From: an uncultured Clostridia bacterium
Lineage (GTDB): Bacteria; Bacillota; Clostridia; Lachnospirales; CAMVHY01
DNA length: 64,000 nucleotides
Assembly: GCA_947073045.1 (NCBI GenBank)
Contig: CAMTJU010000003.1
Location: forward strand, 14,993 to 78,992
Direction of reading: 5' to 3'
The notes below the pieces were generated by a model, which made no database searches, had not been told where the DNA came from, and saw nothing but the letters and a program-made list of their open reading frames with translations. Made by a program: the position numbers and the translations under genes. Positions 42,635-54,581 of this stretch are shown here, in pieces. Position 1 is the first letter of the stretch, and each line of letters begins with the position of its first letter.

Positions 42635-43191
42635 ACAGATAATCCACTCCATTCTTCCAAATCTGAATCAAGAAGATAATTCTTAAAATTTTCGAGACTG
42701 AATTTAATACTTGCATCAATAAGTGTTTCATTAGCTTTAATAATAAACCCACCAATGATTGATTTATCAATAAGAGTTTCAAAAACGACAGATGCATTAA
42801 ATTTTTTTTCCAAAACTTTTTTTATATCATCAATAATATTTTGAGGCAAAATTGATGCACTAACAATTTGCACACGCAAAATATTTTTGTATTTGTAGTA
42901 CTCGTCAAAAAAATCATTAAATATATCACGAATGTATTTAAATCTATCCTTTTGTATTAATAGCAAAAAAAAATTCGATAACAAATTATCATTGTCATCT
43001 GTAAATATTTTACCAAGCACATTTTTTTTTTCTTTAAAGTTTATAGAAGGATTAAGCAAAAAATTTTCGAATTCACTTTCTTTAAAGATATTTTCTACAA
43101 AAAAAATAACCCGAGAAAAAATTTCCTCAAGTTTATTTTCTTCAACAGATAATTCAAATAAAGCTTTCGCATAAATTTTTGACACTACCAT
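42631..43191 (-). CDS. atpH: F1 ATP synthase subunit delta (OSCP)
   Basis: YAKALFEL N-terminus. Position between atpF and atpA. Confidence 0.75.
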   Translation of the reverse strand: MVVSKIYAKALFELSVEENKLEEIFSRVIFFVENIFKESEFENFLLNPSINFKEKKNVLGKIFTDDNDNLLSNFFLLLIQKDRFKYIRDIFNDFFDEYYKYKNILRVQIVSASILPQNIIDDIKKVLEKKFNASVVFETLIDKSIIGGFIIKANETLIDASIKFSLENFKNYLLDSDLEEWSGLSV

Positions 43192-43694
43192 TTCATTTCA
43201 CCTAATTTCAAAATAGCTTGCTTTGCAAATTCATTTTGTACATCATCATTTATGTTTTCATTTAAAAAATTACCTGCTATTATCCATGAAATATTTACAA
43301 TTTGATTTTTCATGTCGGATTGAACTTGCTGTTTTTCGTATTCAATTTCTAATTTTGCACGCTCTTTAATTTTTAAAGCTTCTTGACGTGCTTCGTAAAT
43401 TATTAAATCTTTGTCAGCATTTGCTTGTTTGTGTACTGTTTCAATTATTTCATTTTGCTTGGATTCAAGCTCTCGAATTTTATTTTCATATTCTTTTTTT
43501 AAAGAATCAGCCTCATTTAATTTTAATTGTGCCTGTGATAATTGTAATTCAATTTTTTTTGTACGCGCTGCCATAAATTTTTTAACAGGTTTATATAAAA
43601 AATAGTAAAGTATGGCAAAACAAACTAATGTATTAAGAAATTGTATGCCCATTTGCACCAACAATTGTGAATCAAAACCAATTATTCTGTCCAA
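43185..43694 (-). CDS. atpF: F0 ATP synthase subunit b
   Basis: One N-terminal TM followed by a long charged helix. Operon position. Confidence 0.75.
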   Translation of the reverse strand: MDRIIGFDSQLLVQMGIQFLNTLVCFAILYYFLYKPVKKFMAARTKKIELQLSQAQLKLNEADSLKKEYENKIRELESKQNEIIETVHKQANADKDLIIYEARQEALKIKERAKLEIEYEKQQVQSDMKNQIVNISWIIAGNFLNENINDDVQNEFAKQAILKLGEMKW

Positions 43695-43705
43695 GCTTTA
43701 GCCTC

Positions 43706-45026
<1,321 letters not shown>

Positions 45027-45030
<4 letters not shown>

Positions 45031-45839
45031 AAAGATTTCGCCTCATTTTTATTATACCAATAATTTATTTCTATGCCAATCAATAAAACATTAATAATAA
45101 GATTGAGCCAAATCATCAAAATAAAAATACTACCGATACTTCCATAAATTGTTGAGTAACGGGAAAAATTATTTATATAGTAATTGAATGCAAGACTTAA
45201 AATAATCCATGCTAAAGAACAAAACAATGAGCCTGGCAAAAATGAAAAAATATTAGTTTTACGGCATACAGATATTTTATATATTACGGATGAAAACAAT
45301 GTCAAAAGTAAAATTGCGAGTGAATATCTTAAAATAATAGCGGATGCTTTAAAAAATATCCATGAATTAATTAAAGCTAAAATTTTATTGCCGAACACAA
45401 TCAAAACAATACATAATACGATAGATAAAGCAAAAACAATTACGCAGACAACACTTATAATTTTAACTTTGATAAAATTACGTGATTCATGTTGCTGATA
45501 AATTTTATTTATGCATTTTATCAATGAGACAAAACCCGACGACGCACTCCAAATACTTATAAACAAACTAGAAGATAAAAGACTAATATTTCTTTTCATA
45601 ACAACTTCCGTTATAAATAAATTTACAATGTTAATAATTTGAGATGGGAGTTTTCCATTTAACTGTAACAATAAAATATTTACATCAAGATTAAAAAAAG
45701 CAATGAGCGTCATCAAAAAAATTATGAATGGGAACAGCGAGAGCAAAATTTTATAAGTCAATTGATTTGCAACAGCATTTATATTATCATTCTTGCATTT
45801 TAGAAAGATTCGTATTAAAATTTTTATGTTACTTTTCAT
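45027..45839 (-). CDS. YihY/BrkB-family membrane protein
   Basis: A..L.Y..LLSLFP N-terminus, 6 TM. Confidence 0.7.
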
Positions 45840-45954
45840 TTTGCATTACCTCATATTAAATTAAAATTTTACTTTTACGTCACATAATATACATATTTCT
45901 ATTATATACTAGCATTGTGCAATAAAAATTTATTATTTTTAGGAGTGATTAATT

Positions 45955-47220
45955 ATGGATGAAAACGAGAAAGAAAATATGCCCCCTGAGGTTGAAAAAG
46001 AAGATGAGAAAGTTGAGCAAATCGACTATATTAAAATAGTTGAAAAGCGTAGAAAAAAAAATAAAATTATCGGTATTATATCTATCGTTTGTTTGGCAAG
46101 TGTTTTATGTGGAAGTGCAATAGGTTTTAGTTTTGGTATTGGAAGCAGTTTGGTCAATAAATTTTTTAGTGACAAATCTTCTGAAAAACATTTTTCATTT
46201 TCTAATGAAAACATAGAAGAAAATAATGTTGCTACTTCTCCAGTTTCTCAAGATGATGAAAATGATATTGTTGCAATAATAAATTCTGTTGCAAAATCTG
46301 TTGTTGCAATAAATACAACATCAACTGACACAAGTGATTTGTTTTTTGGATTGCCAATAAATCAAAGTGGAGCTGGTTCTGGCGTTATATTTTATCAAGA
46401 CGATGATAAAATTTATATTGCTACAAATTATCACGTTGTAAACGGAGCTAATTCAGTAAAAGTTACAATTGAAAGTTATCCTGAAGTTAATGCAAAACTC
46501 GTAGGCAAAAATTTTCTTTCCGACATTGCTGTCATTTCTGTTGATAAAGAACAATTAGAAAATAACGGAATAGAAAATGTCAGCATTGCACAATTTGGTG
46601 ATTCAGATAAAATTCGTGTAGGCGAAAAAATTACTGCTATAGGCAATGCACTTGGTGAAGGAAATACCGTCACATCTGGCATAATTAGTGCCAAAAACAA
46701 AAAAATAAATGTTGATGGAAAAACGCTTTCTGTTATACAAATTGATGCATCAATTAATCCTGGTAACAGTGGTGGCGCATTAATAAATACATCAGGTGAA
46801 GTAATTGGTATAACAACTGCAAAATATGCAAAGTTTACAGTCGAAGGAATGGCTTACAGTATTGCTTCAAATGATGTAAAACCTGTTATAGAAAAAATAA
46901 TGAATGAACAAGACAAACCTTATTTAGGAATTACAGGAATAGACCTTACTCAAGAAATTGCAGAAAATTATAATTTGCCTAGTATTGGCGTATTTATAAA
47001 TTCAATTGTAAAAGAATCAAATGCTGAAAAATATGGCTTGCAACAAGGCGATATAATTACTATGTTTAATGGAAATACTGTACGAACATTTGATGATTTA
47101 TCTGAAATGCTTGGTAAATGCAAAATAGGCGATAAAATAAAATTGCATATTATTCGCAATGGAAACGAACCTATGGATATTGAAATAAAATTGGAGGAAT
47201 ATCACGACCCTAACTTTTAA
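45955..47220 (+). CDS. HtrA/DegP-family serine protease with one PDZ domain
   Basis: N-terminal TM. Catalytic triad regions NYHVV, DIAVI, GNSGGAL. C-terminal PDZ. Confidence 0.85.
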   Translation: MDENEKENMPPEVEKEDEKVEQIDYIKIVEKRRKKNKIIGIISIVCLASVLCGSAIGFSFGIGSSLVNKFFSDKSSEKHFSFSNENIEENNVATSPVSQDDENDIVAIINSVAKSVVAINTTSTDTSDLFFGLPINQSGAGSGVIFYQDDDKIYIATNYHVVNGANSVKVTIESYPEVNAKLVGKNFLSDIAVISVDKEQLENNGIENVSIAQFGDSDKIRVGEKITAIGNALGEGNTVTSGIISAKNKKINVDGKTLSVIQIDASINPGNSGGALINTSGEVIGITTAKYAKFTVEGMAYSIASNDVKPVIEKIMNEQDKPYLGITGIDLTQEIAENYNLPSIGVFINSIVKESNAEKYGLQQGDIITMFNGNTVRTFDDLSEMLGKCKIGDKIKLHIIRNGNEPMDIEIKLEEYHDPNF

Positions 47221-47255
47221 TAAAATTATTTTATTCTTTTTTGGAGAGAACATTG

Positions 47256-47326
47256 AAAAAAATCTCAAGCAATGAATAAACATCACTCAATGAGGTGTTG
47301 TCAATTCAATGCTTGAGATTTTTTTA
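47256..47326. terminator. long-loop bidirectional terminator-like hairpin
   Basis: 11-bp stem aatctcaagca/tgcttgagatt flanked by A7 and T7. The 38-nt loop has a further internal imperfect stem. Confidence 0.5.
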
Positions 47327-47445
47327 TTTTGTGTTTCTTTTTATGAAGCGGCGCTGCAAGAGATGCTTATGGTTACTTTTTCTTCCAAAAAAAAGTAACA
47401 AAGATTTTTTTTAAAGTAAGAAAAAAGTAACTAGCTTTTTTAATA

Positions 47446-48033
47446 TTAGCTTTCGTAATCTTGAAGAATTGCAATTAATTTATCATCGCCGGATATTTTT
47501 ATTCCATCTTCTAATCTTTTTCTTTCTTCGAGAGCCAAAGAATTAACAGGAGTGTTGGTCATTTCTTTTAATTTTGTACCATTTACATTTTCCTGATAAA
47601 AAACTGCAATGTAACCATCTTTTATTCCAATTACATAATGCTGATTACTAAGCCCGCTTATATTTTTTTGCATAACAACTTTATCTTTTGAAAAATTTTG
47701 TACAAACCAATCATTAAACGTATTTTTCAAATCTGTTTCATTCATTCCAATTAAAAAATGCGGGGCAGTTTCACTTGTTGATTCCACGCATCCATCTTCT
47801 TCATAATAATAATTATAAACCATTTGCGTTGAAGGCATTATAATTGCAGCTGGGCTTACAATTTCTGTTGGCATTTTATTTAAAACTTCAATCGTTTCGT
47901 TTGCAACATCAACTTTTTTTTCACTAACTATTATAAAAATTAATGCAAGCATTGATAAAATTATTATCGATGCAAAAACGTAACTTGTTTTTCTCATAAT
48001 CATTCCTCTTTTTTTATTTATAGTTTTGACCAT
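47446..48033 (-). CDS. membrane-anchored BofC-C-terminal-domain-like sporulation protein
   Basis: N-terminal TM. C-terminal pattern YVIGIKDGYIAVFY....... L..E.R..LE.GI.......L..ILQDYES resembles the clostridial BofC C-terminal domain. Call is from memory only. Start ambiguous (M1, M11 or M13). Confidence 0.45.
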   Translation of the reverse strand: MVKTINKKRGMIMRKTSYVFASIIILSMLALIFIIVSEKKVDVANETIEVLNKMPTEIVSPAAIIMPSTQMVYNYYYEEDGCVESTSETAPHFLIGMNETDLKNTFNDWFVQNFSKDKVVMQKNISGLSNQHYVIGIKDGYIAVFYQENVNGTKLKEMTNTPVNSLALEERKRLEDGIKISGDDKLIAILQDYES

Positions 48034-48100
48034 TTAGGTTTTTGATATACAATAATAAGAGAAAATTTAAAAATGAGAAAGATGAAAGAGGTCAAGGCTT

Positions 48101-48679
48101 ATGAAATTAATAGTGGGACTTGGAAATCCCGGGATTTTTTATATAAATACAAGGCACAATGTAGGATTTGAAGTGATAGAAAAATTATCAGCCATTCATA
48201 ATATAAGTATGACCACGAAACACAAAGCGTTATTTGGTACAAAAATTATTGATGAAAATAAAATTATGGTTGCTATGCCACAAACTTTTATGAATTTGAG
48301 TGGCCAATCTGTTTTTGAAATATGTAAATTTTATAAAATAAGTTCGCACGATGTAATTGTTGTACATGACGATACAGACATTGAACTTGGCAAAATAAAA
48401 ATTAAACACAATGGAAGTAGTGCTGGCCATAACGGAATTAAAAATATAATTGATTGTCTTGGTACAGAAAATTTTGTCCGTATTAGAGTTGGTATTGGCA
48501 AAAAACCTGATGGCATGGAATTAAACAATTATGTGCTTGGGAAATTTTCAGACGATGAAAAATTACTCATTAACAATGCAATAAACGAAGCATGTGAAGC
48601 AATAAAATTTATAATAACAGAAAATGTATTTGCTGCGATGAATAAATTTAATACAAGAAAAGGTGTTGTAGAAAATTGA
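48101..48679 (+). CDS. pth: peptidyl-tRNA hydrolase
   Basis: LIVGLGNPG..Y..TRHN.GF. Confidence 0.92.
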   Translation: MKLIVGLGNPGIFYINTRHNVGFEVIEKLSAIHNISMTTKHKALFGTKIIDENKIMVAMPQTFMNLSGQSVFEICKFYKISSHDVIVVHDDTDIELGKIKIKHNGSSAGHNGIKNIIDCLGTENFVRIRVGIGKKPDGMELNNYVLGKFSDDEKLLINNAINEACEAIKFIITENVFAAMNKFNTRKGVVEN

Positions 48680-51600
48680 ATAAGCTTTTTGAGCCAATAT
48701 GTAATAGTAAAATGATACGCGAAATTTTAAAAAGCATAGAAGATAATTTATTTTCGATTTGTATAGATGGTTGCCTTGAATCTCAAAAATGTCATCTGTT
48801 TTCATTAATAAAGAGCCTATTAAATCGCCAAACAATTTTTGTTACGTATTCAGATTCTCAGGCAAAAAAACTTTATGATGATATAAAATTTTTTTTGAGC
48901 AAAAATGTTTATTATTATCCAGCTAAAGATTTTATTTACTATAACGCTACTGTTAAAAGCAACGATATTTATAAGCAAAGATTTTTAGTATTAAATTCAT
49001 TGATGAAAAATGAAAATGCGGCAATTATTCTTTCAATTCATTCTTTATTTGATAGATTGACTGAGCCAAGTTATTTTAAAGATTCAATTTTGAAATTAAA
49101 GCAATGTGAAATTTTTGATATTGAAAATTTATCAAGACATTTGATTTTTCTTGGCTATGAAAAAACACAAATTGTTGAAGGACCAGGACAATTTTCTGTA
49201 CGCGGCGGAATTTTTGATATTCATACAAGTAATTTAGCAGTTCGTTTGGAATTTTTCGATAATCAAATAGATTCGATAAGACTTTTTGATACAATTACTC
49301 AACGCTCTATAAAATCAATTGATTGCGTAGAGATAACACCGATGCGTGAATTAATTTTCAGTCAAAAAAATATGGAAGATGCATTAAAAAAAATAAAACA
49401 TGAGTTGCAAAATGAATTAAATAAAATAAATAATAGCGAACAAGAAAAATCGAAAAATCTGCAGGAAACATTTTCACAAATTATAAATGAGTTTGAAGAA
49501 CAAAAAAGATTTGCACAGATAGATAAGTATGCAAATTTTTTTTGCGACAAAGAAATTTCTCTAATAGATTATCTAAAAAAAGACTCAATTGTATTTATAG
49601 ATGAACCAATGAAAACTTTTGAAATGGCTAAAAAATTTTATAATGACTATAAAAAAACGGCACATGAAAAAATCAAATCGGGATATATGCTTCCAGGACA
49701 ATCAAAAATTATTTTTGAAAGTGAAAAAGTTATTGAGAAATTAAAAAATAAATCCTGTATACTTATTGAAAATTTTCATCAAGAATCAGATTTTTCAATA
49801 AAAAAATCATTCACCTTTGATATCAAATCTATTGACAGTATAAAAATACACTCGGATTTATTTATAAATGATTTGAAAAATCAATTGGCAGATGAAAAAA
49901 TAATAATCATGTTATGCGCAACAGAGCAAAGTATAAAAAAAAATATTCACTATCTTGCAGACAAAAATATTGCTGTAGAACGTCTTGATACTCAAAAAAA
50001 AATTCAGCCTAAAAGAATTTATTTAGCTCTGGGAAAAATTAATTGTGGATTTGAATACACAAATGAAAAATTTATTTTGCTTTGCGATAATTTTGCCTCC
50101 TCTCAAACTAAACGCAAATTTAAAAATAATCGCCAACCTATCCAAAATTTTTTGGATTTGAAAATAGGCGATTTAATTGTGCATGAAAAGCATGGTATCG
50201 CAATTTACAAAGGTATTGAAAAAATTAATGTCGATGGTATCACAAAAGATTATTTGAAATTAGAATATGCAGACGGAGGAAATTTGTTTGTCCATACACT
50301 GCAGATGGATTTAATTCAAAAATATATTGGCACGCAAAAAGTTAGACTCAATAAACTTGGCTCAAGTGAGTGGCACAAAACTAAATTGCGTGTAAGTACT
50401 CAGGTACAAAAAATTGCCGCCGATTTAATTAATCTATATGCTAAACGAAAAAATGCTCGTGGCTTTAAATTTTCCCCCGATAATATTTGGCAAACTGAAT
50501 TTGAAAATTCATTTCCATATGAAGAAACAGATGATCAATTAGCTGCAGTAAAGGATATAAAAAAAGATATGGAATCCGATATAATTATGGACAGGCTTAT
50601 TTGTGGAGACGTTGGCTATGGCAAAACAGAAGTTGCAGTGCGTGCAGCATTTAAAGCTGTACAAGATAGCAAACAAGTTGCATACCTTGTACCAACAACA
50701 ATCCTTGCCAAACAGCACTATAATACATTTTTAAAACGACTCGAAGATTTTCCTGTAAATATTGAAATGTTGTCGAGATTTCGCAGTGACCTTCAACAAA
50801 AAAAAATTATATCCGAGCTTAAATCTGGAAAAATTGATATTGTTATTGGTACACATAAATTATTATCGGATGATATAAATTTCAAAAATTTAGGTTTGAT
50901 AATAATTGATGAGGAACAAAGATTTGGAGTAAGTCACAAGGAAAAATTAAAGCGCTTGTGCGAAAACACTGACGTTTTAACTTTGAGCGCTACTCCAATT
51001 CCGAGAACTTTAAATATGAGTTTATCTGGAATAAGAGATATAAGCTTATTGACAGAGCCGCCACATGAACGCCAGCCTGTCCAAACTTATGTATTGGAAT
51101 ACAGTCCAGATTTTATCAAGCAAGCAATTGAAAAGGAGCTTGAAAGAAACGGCCAGGTTTATTATTTATACAACAAGGTTAAAAATATAGCCTCTGTTGT
51201 TTTTAAAATTAAAGAGCTTGTACCAAATGCAACTGTAAGATATGTACACGGTCAACTTTCTAAAATTGAAATCGAAAATATTATGGAAGCGTTTATAAAT
51301 AAAGAGGTAGATGTTCTCGTATGCACAACAATAATTGAAACGGGAATGGATATAAGAAATGTCAACACAATTATAATTGAAGACGCAGATAATATGGGTC
51401 TCTCACAACTTTATCAATTACGGGGACGCGTTGGACGTTCAGATAAATTGGCTTATGCCTACTTAACTTACCGTAAAAATAAACTATTGAATGAAGTTGC
51501 ACAAAAACGTTTACAAACAATACGTGAATTCACACAATTTGGTGCAGGTTTTAAAATAGCCATGAAAGATTTGGAGATACGCGGCGCAGGTAATTTATTA

Positions 51601-52143
51601 GGAACACAGCAACATGGAAATATAGAATCTATTGGTTACGATTTGTATTGCAAATTATTAAATGAGGAAGTTAAAAAATTAAAAGGTGAACAAATACCAA
51701 ATAATTTTGAGACGAGTATTGATGTTAATATTGATGCATATATACCAGATTTTTATATAAGCGATGAAAAGCAAAAGCTTGATATTTATAAAAAAATCTC
51801 CTTTGTATCAAATAAAGAAGATTATATGAAAATGCAAGATGAATTAATTGACAGGTATTCAGATATTCCAGAGTGTGTCCAAAATTTATTAGATATTGCA
51901 TTAATAAAATCGCTGGCACAAAAATTGTGCATAAGTTCTATAAATCAAAAACAAAATAATTTAATTATGACACTTGATAAAGATAGCAATTTTTCACTTG
52001 AAAAATTAATGGAACTTATAAAAACAAATACCAAAATATTTTTTACGACTAATCCAACTCCACGCATTATATATAAATTTGATCAGAAGATAAATTTGAA
52101 GTCTGTACAAAAATTTCTTTTTTATTTTCTTGAAAAAAATTGA
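48676..52143 (+). CDS. mfd: transcription-repair coupling factor
   Basis: pth-mfd synteny. CarD-like domain, DEAD/DEAH helicase motifs (GDVGYGKTEVA, DEEQRFG), TRCF domain. Confidence 0.93.
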   Translation: MNKLFEPICNSKMIREILKSIEDNLFSICIDGCLESQKCHLFSLIKSLLNRQTIFVTYSDSQAKKLYDDIKFFLSKNVYYYPAKDFIYYNATVKSNDIYKQRFLVLNSLMKNENAAIILSIHSLFDRLTEPSYFKDSILKLKQCEIFDIENLSRHLIFLGYEKTQIVEGPGQFSVRGGIFDIHTSNLAVRLEFFDNQIDSIRLFDTITQRSIKSIDCVEITPMRELIFSQKNMEDALKKIKHELQNELNKINNSEQEKSKNLQETFSQIINEFEEQKRFAQIDKYANFFCDKEISLIDYLKKDSIVFIDEPMKTFEMAKKFYNDYKKTAHEKIKSGYMLPGQSKIIFESEKVIEKLKNKSCILIENFHQESDFSIKKSFTFDIKSIDSIKIHSDLFINDLKNQLADEKIIIMLCATEQSIKKNIHYLADKNIAVERLDTQKKIQPKRIYLALGKINCGFEYTNEKFILLCDNFASSQTKRKFKNNRQPIQNFLDLKIGDLIVHEKHGIAIYKGIEKINVDGITKDYLKLEYADGGNLFVHTLQMDLIQKYIGTQKVRLNKLGSSEWHKTKLRVSTQVQKIAADLINLYAKRKNARGFKFSPDNIWQTEFENSFPYEETDDQLAAVKDIKKDMESDIIMDRLICGDVGYGKTEVAVRAAFKAVQDSKQVAYLVPTTILAKQHYNTFLKRLEDFPVNIEMLSRFRSDLQQKKIISELKSGKIDIVIGTHKLLSDDINFKNLGLIIIDEEQRFGVSHKEKLKRLCENTDVLTLSATPIPRTLNMSLSGIRDISLLTEPPHERQPVQTYVLEYSPDFIKQAIEKELERNGQVYYLYNKVKNIASVVFKIKELVPNATVRYVHGQLSKIEIENIMEAFINKEVDVLVCTTIIETGMDIRNVNTIIIEDADNMGLSQLYQLRGRVGRSDKLAYAYLTYRKNKLLNEVAQKRLQTIREFTQFGAGFKIAMKDLEIRGAGNLLGTQQHGNIESIGYDLYCKLLNEEVKKLKGEQIPNNFETSIDVNIDAYIPDFYISDEKQKLDIYKKISFVSNKEDYMKMQDELIDRYSDIPECVQNLLDIALIKSLAQKLCISSINQKQNNLIMTLDKDSNFSLEKLMELIKTNTKIFFTTNPTPRIIYKFDQKINLKSVQKFLFYFLEKN

Positions 52144-52234
52144 TTTGTTTTTTATTTTTATTTTATCTTCTTTTTTTGTAAAAAAAGAAGCATAAGTGCT
52201 TTCTTCGAAGCCGGTTTCTAAAAAAACTTTATAT

Positions 52235-52264
52235 AAAAAATCACGCATGTGCGTGATTTTTTAT
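52235..52264. terminator. bidirectional terminator between mfd and spoIIID
   Basis: Palindrome aatcacgca/tgcgtgatt flanked by A6 and T6. Confidence 0.8.
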
Positions 52265-52281
52265 TTAATTCTTTTAATTAA

Positions 52282-52569
52282 CTAAGTTAATTTAGAAAAA
52301 TTTTTGCCAAAATTATTATTCAATATTGACAAATATTTTTCTTTCGTAGCTAATCCACCACGTATATGTCGTTCGGATTTATTTACTTCCAAAATTCTTC
52401 GTGCTTCTAGCGCAAGTTTTGGATTTATTTTTTTCAGGCGTTCTGTAACATCTTTATGTACTGTAGATTTACTTATCCCAAATTTTTTAGCTGTCTGACG
52501 CACAGTAGCATTACTTTTTATTATAAAATTTGCTAACTCTACCGCACGTTCTTCTATGTACGTTTTCAA
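52282..52569 (-). CDS. spoIIID: stage III sporulation protein D (transcription factor)
   Basis: IEERA.E.A..I....ATVRQ.AK.FG.SKSTVHKD..ERL is near-invariant SpoIIID. TTG start after GGGAGG. Confidence 0.88.
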   Translation of the reverse strand: MKTYIEERAVELANFIIKSNATVRQTAKKFGISKSTVHKDVTERLKKINPKLALEARRILEVNKSERHIRGGLATKEKYLSILNNNFGKNFSKLT

Positions 52570-52601
52570 ATATTACGCCTCCCTTTATGTGATTACAATA
52601 A

Positions 52602-52630
52602 AATGTATGTTAATCACATAAATTTTATGA
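52602..52630 (-). promoter_or_regulatory. candidate sigma-E-type promoter of spoIIID
   Basis: Minus strand TCATAAA, 14 nt, CATACATT. This matches the B. subtilis-derived sigma-E consensus well. Confidence 0.45.
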
Positions 52631-52634
52631 GGCA

Positions 52635-53426
52635 TTATTTATTTAAAATAACAACAGACATATTTCCTAATTCACTAAATCTTTTTTCAACAATTTTTCT
52701 ATCATAACCTATTATTCCATGATCTTTATATGGATCATTAAAGTAATATCTGTAATAATCATATCCCACAAGAACAAGACAATGTTCACGAGCTATCCAA
52801 GTGTATTTATCAGAGACATTGTAATTTGAATCTTTATCTGCAAAATTAATAATCCATGACATTGTCAATTTTGATGGTTTCATATCCATCGTTGCCCAAA
52901 TTAAAACTGGAATATCTTTTGAAATATAATTTTTAACAAGATAACTTAAACTTTTATCTTTTAAAGCAATCGCTTGCTGAGAAACAATTTCGTTTTTATC
53001 AAAGTAGAGATTTATTGATTTTGCCATTGCATTTGAATAACAACCAAATCCACAATTATCACCTGATGCAATATAAGGATTGCCAACATATGCTGAATTC
53101 GGATCCGGGCCAAAAATTTCATCTGTTTGTTCGTCAACAAACCAATCTTTTTTAATAAAAAATTCATTAACAAATGTTTTTTTTGAAACATAGTATCCAT
53201 ATCTTTGCAAAAGCATTGTCGCACTCACAGCTTCACACCCTGATACAATATCATTTTGATCTAAATAAGGAACATTAATTAATTTTGTGATGTGCGAAGG
53301 CGGCACATAATAATATTTTATAAAATCGGCAGCTTCTTGTGAATCTTGAGCCATTATTTCAAAATCAAGCAAACTAAATAAAATCATTGATGATACAAAA
53401 ACGATGTCTATTAATTTTTTAATCAT
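52635..53426 (-). CDS. secreted C39-like (YvpB-like) cysteine peptidase-fold protein
   Basis: N-terminal signal/TM. VPYLDQNDIVSGCEAVSATMLL is a typical Peptidase_C39_2 catalytic Cys region. Confidence 0.55.
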   Translation of the reverse strand: MIKKLIDIVFVSSMILFSLLDFEIMAQDSQEAADFIKYYYVPPSHITKLINVPYLDQNDIVSGCEAVSATMLLQRYGYYVSKKTFVNEFFIKKDWFVDEQTDEIFGPDPNSAYVGNPYIASGDNCGFGCYSNAMAKSINLYFDKNEIVSQQAIALKDKSLSYLVKNYISKDIPVLIWATMDMKPSKLTMSWIINFADKDSNYNVSDKYTWIAREHCLVLVGYDYYRYYFNDPYKDHGIIGYDRKIVEKRFSELGNMSVVILNK

Positions 53427-53507
53427 AACTTTATAAACCTCCTATGGATTTAATAATTTAGTTATGCTATCATAAATATCGAATTAAATCAATCAGGAGT
53501 ACTTAAT

Positions 53508-54581
53508 ATGAAAAAGGTAATGGTTGCAATGAGCGGCGGCGTTGATAGCTCTGTAGCTGCTCTTATTTTAAAAAATAAAGGTTATGAAATTTGTGGCGCT
53601 ACTATGAAATTATTTGGCAACGAAAACATTGGAGAAAAATCTAAAGTTTGCTGCTCATTAAAAGATTCATTTGATGCTAAAAATGTTGCAGCAAGTCTTG
53701 GATTTAATCACTATGTTTTTAATTTTGTTGACGATTTTTATAACGATGTTATTAAAAAATTTGCATATAGCTATTTAAATGCTCTAACACCTAATCCATG
53801 TCTCGAGTGCAATCGGTATTTAAAATTCAAAAAGTTACTAGAAAAAACAATGCTTTTAGGATGCGATTATATTGCTACAGGCCATTATGCGCAAATTGAA
53901 TATGATAAACAAGTAAATCGATATATATTAAAAAAATCGACTGATCAATCAAAAGATCAAACATATTTTTTGTATACAATGACGCAATATGAATTATCAA
54001 AAACAATTTTTCCGCTTGGCTCACTTTCAAAATCACAAGTAAGAAATCTAGCAGAGAAAAATAACTTTATTAATGCAAACAAACCCGATAGTCAAGATAT
54101 TTGTTTTGTTAAGAATGGTGATTATGCAACGTTTCTTAAAAATTCATTTGGACTAGAATTTATGCCTGGAAATTTTATTGATAAAGATGGTAAAATTCTC
54201 GGCCGCCATAAAGGAATTATTTATTATACAATCGGACAGAGAAAAGGTTTGGGAATAAGTTTTGGAGAACATAAATACGTAATTCAAAAGAATAAAAGTG
54301 ACAATACAATTGTTTTGGGCGACGAAAAAGATCTTTATAAAAATAAATTGATTGCGGGCGATATAAATCTTATTTCTATTGATAAATTATCTGAACCAAT
54401 GCAAGTTACTGCAAAAATTCGATATAATCAAAAAGAAACTCCTGCTATTATTAAACCACTTATTGAAAATGAAATAGAAGTTGAGTTTGAAACTGGGCAA
54501 AGAGCAATTACTCCAGGACAAGCCGTTGTATTTTATGACAAAGAAAAAGTTATTGGAGGCGGCACAATTAAAAATGAATAG
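53508..54581 (+). CDS. mnmA: tRNA 2-thiouridine(34) synthase
   Basis: VAMSGGVDSSVAA PP-loop, C..C catalytic region, DSQDICF. Confidence 0.92.
   Translation: MKKVMVAMSGGVDSSVAALILKNKGYEICGATMKLFGNENIGEKSKVCCSLKDSFDAKNVAASLGFNHYVFNFVDDFYNDVIKKFAYSYLNALTPNPCLECNRYLKFKKLLEKTMLLGCDYIATGHYAQIEYDKQVNRYILKKSTDQSKDQTYFLYTMTQYELSKTIFPLGSLSKSQVRNLAEKNNFINANKPDSQDICFVKNGDYATFLKNSFGLEFMPGNFIDKDGKILGRHKGIIYYTIGQRKGLGISFGEHKYVIQKNKSDNTIVLGDEKDLYKNKLIAGDINLISIDKLSEPMQVTAKIRYNQKETPAIIKPLIENEIEVEFETGQRAITPGQAVVFYDKEKVIGGGTIKNE

Noticed and set aside
47344-47415. 23-aa ORF MKRRCKRCLWLLFLPKKSNKDFF in the htrA/bofC intergenic region.
   Set aside because: No SD upstream, it overlaps hairpin elements, and the composition is driven by the A/T hairpin. 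It is more likely non-coding.
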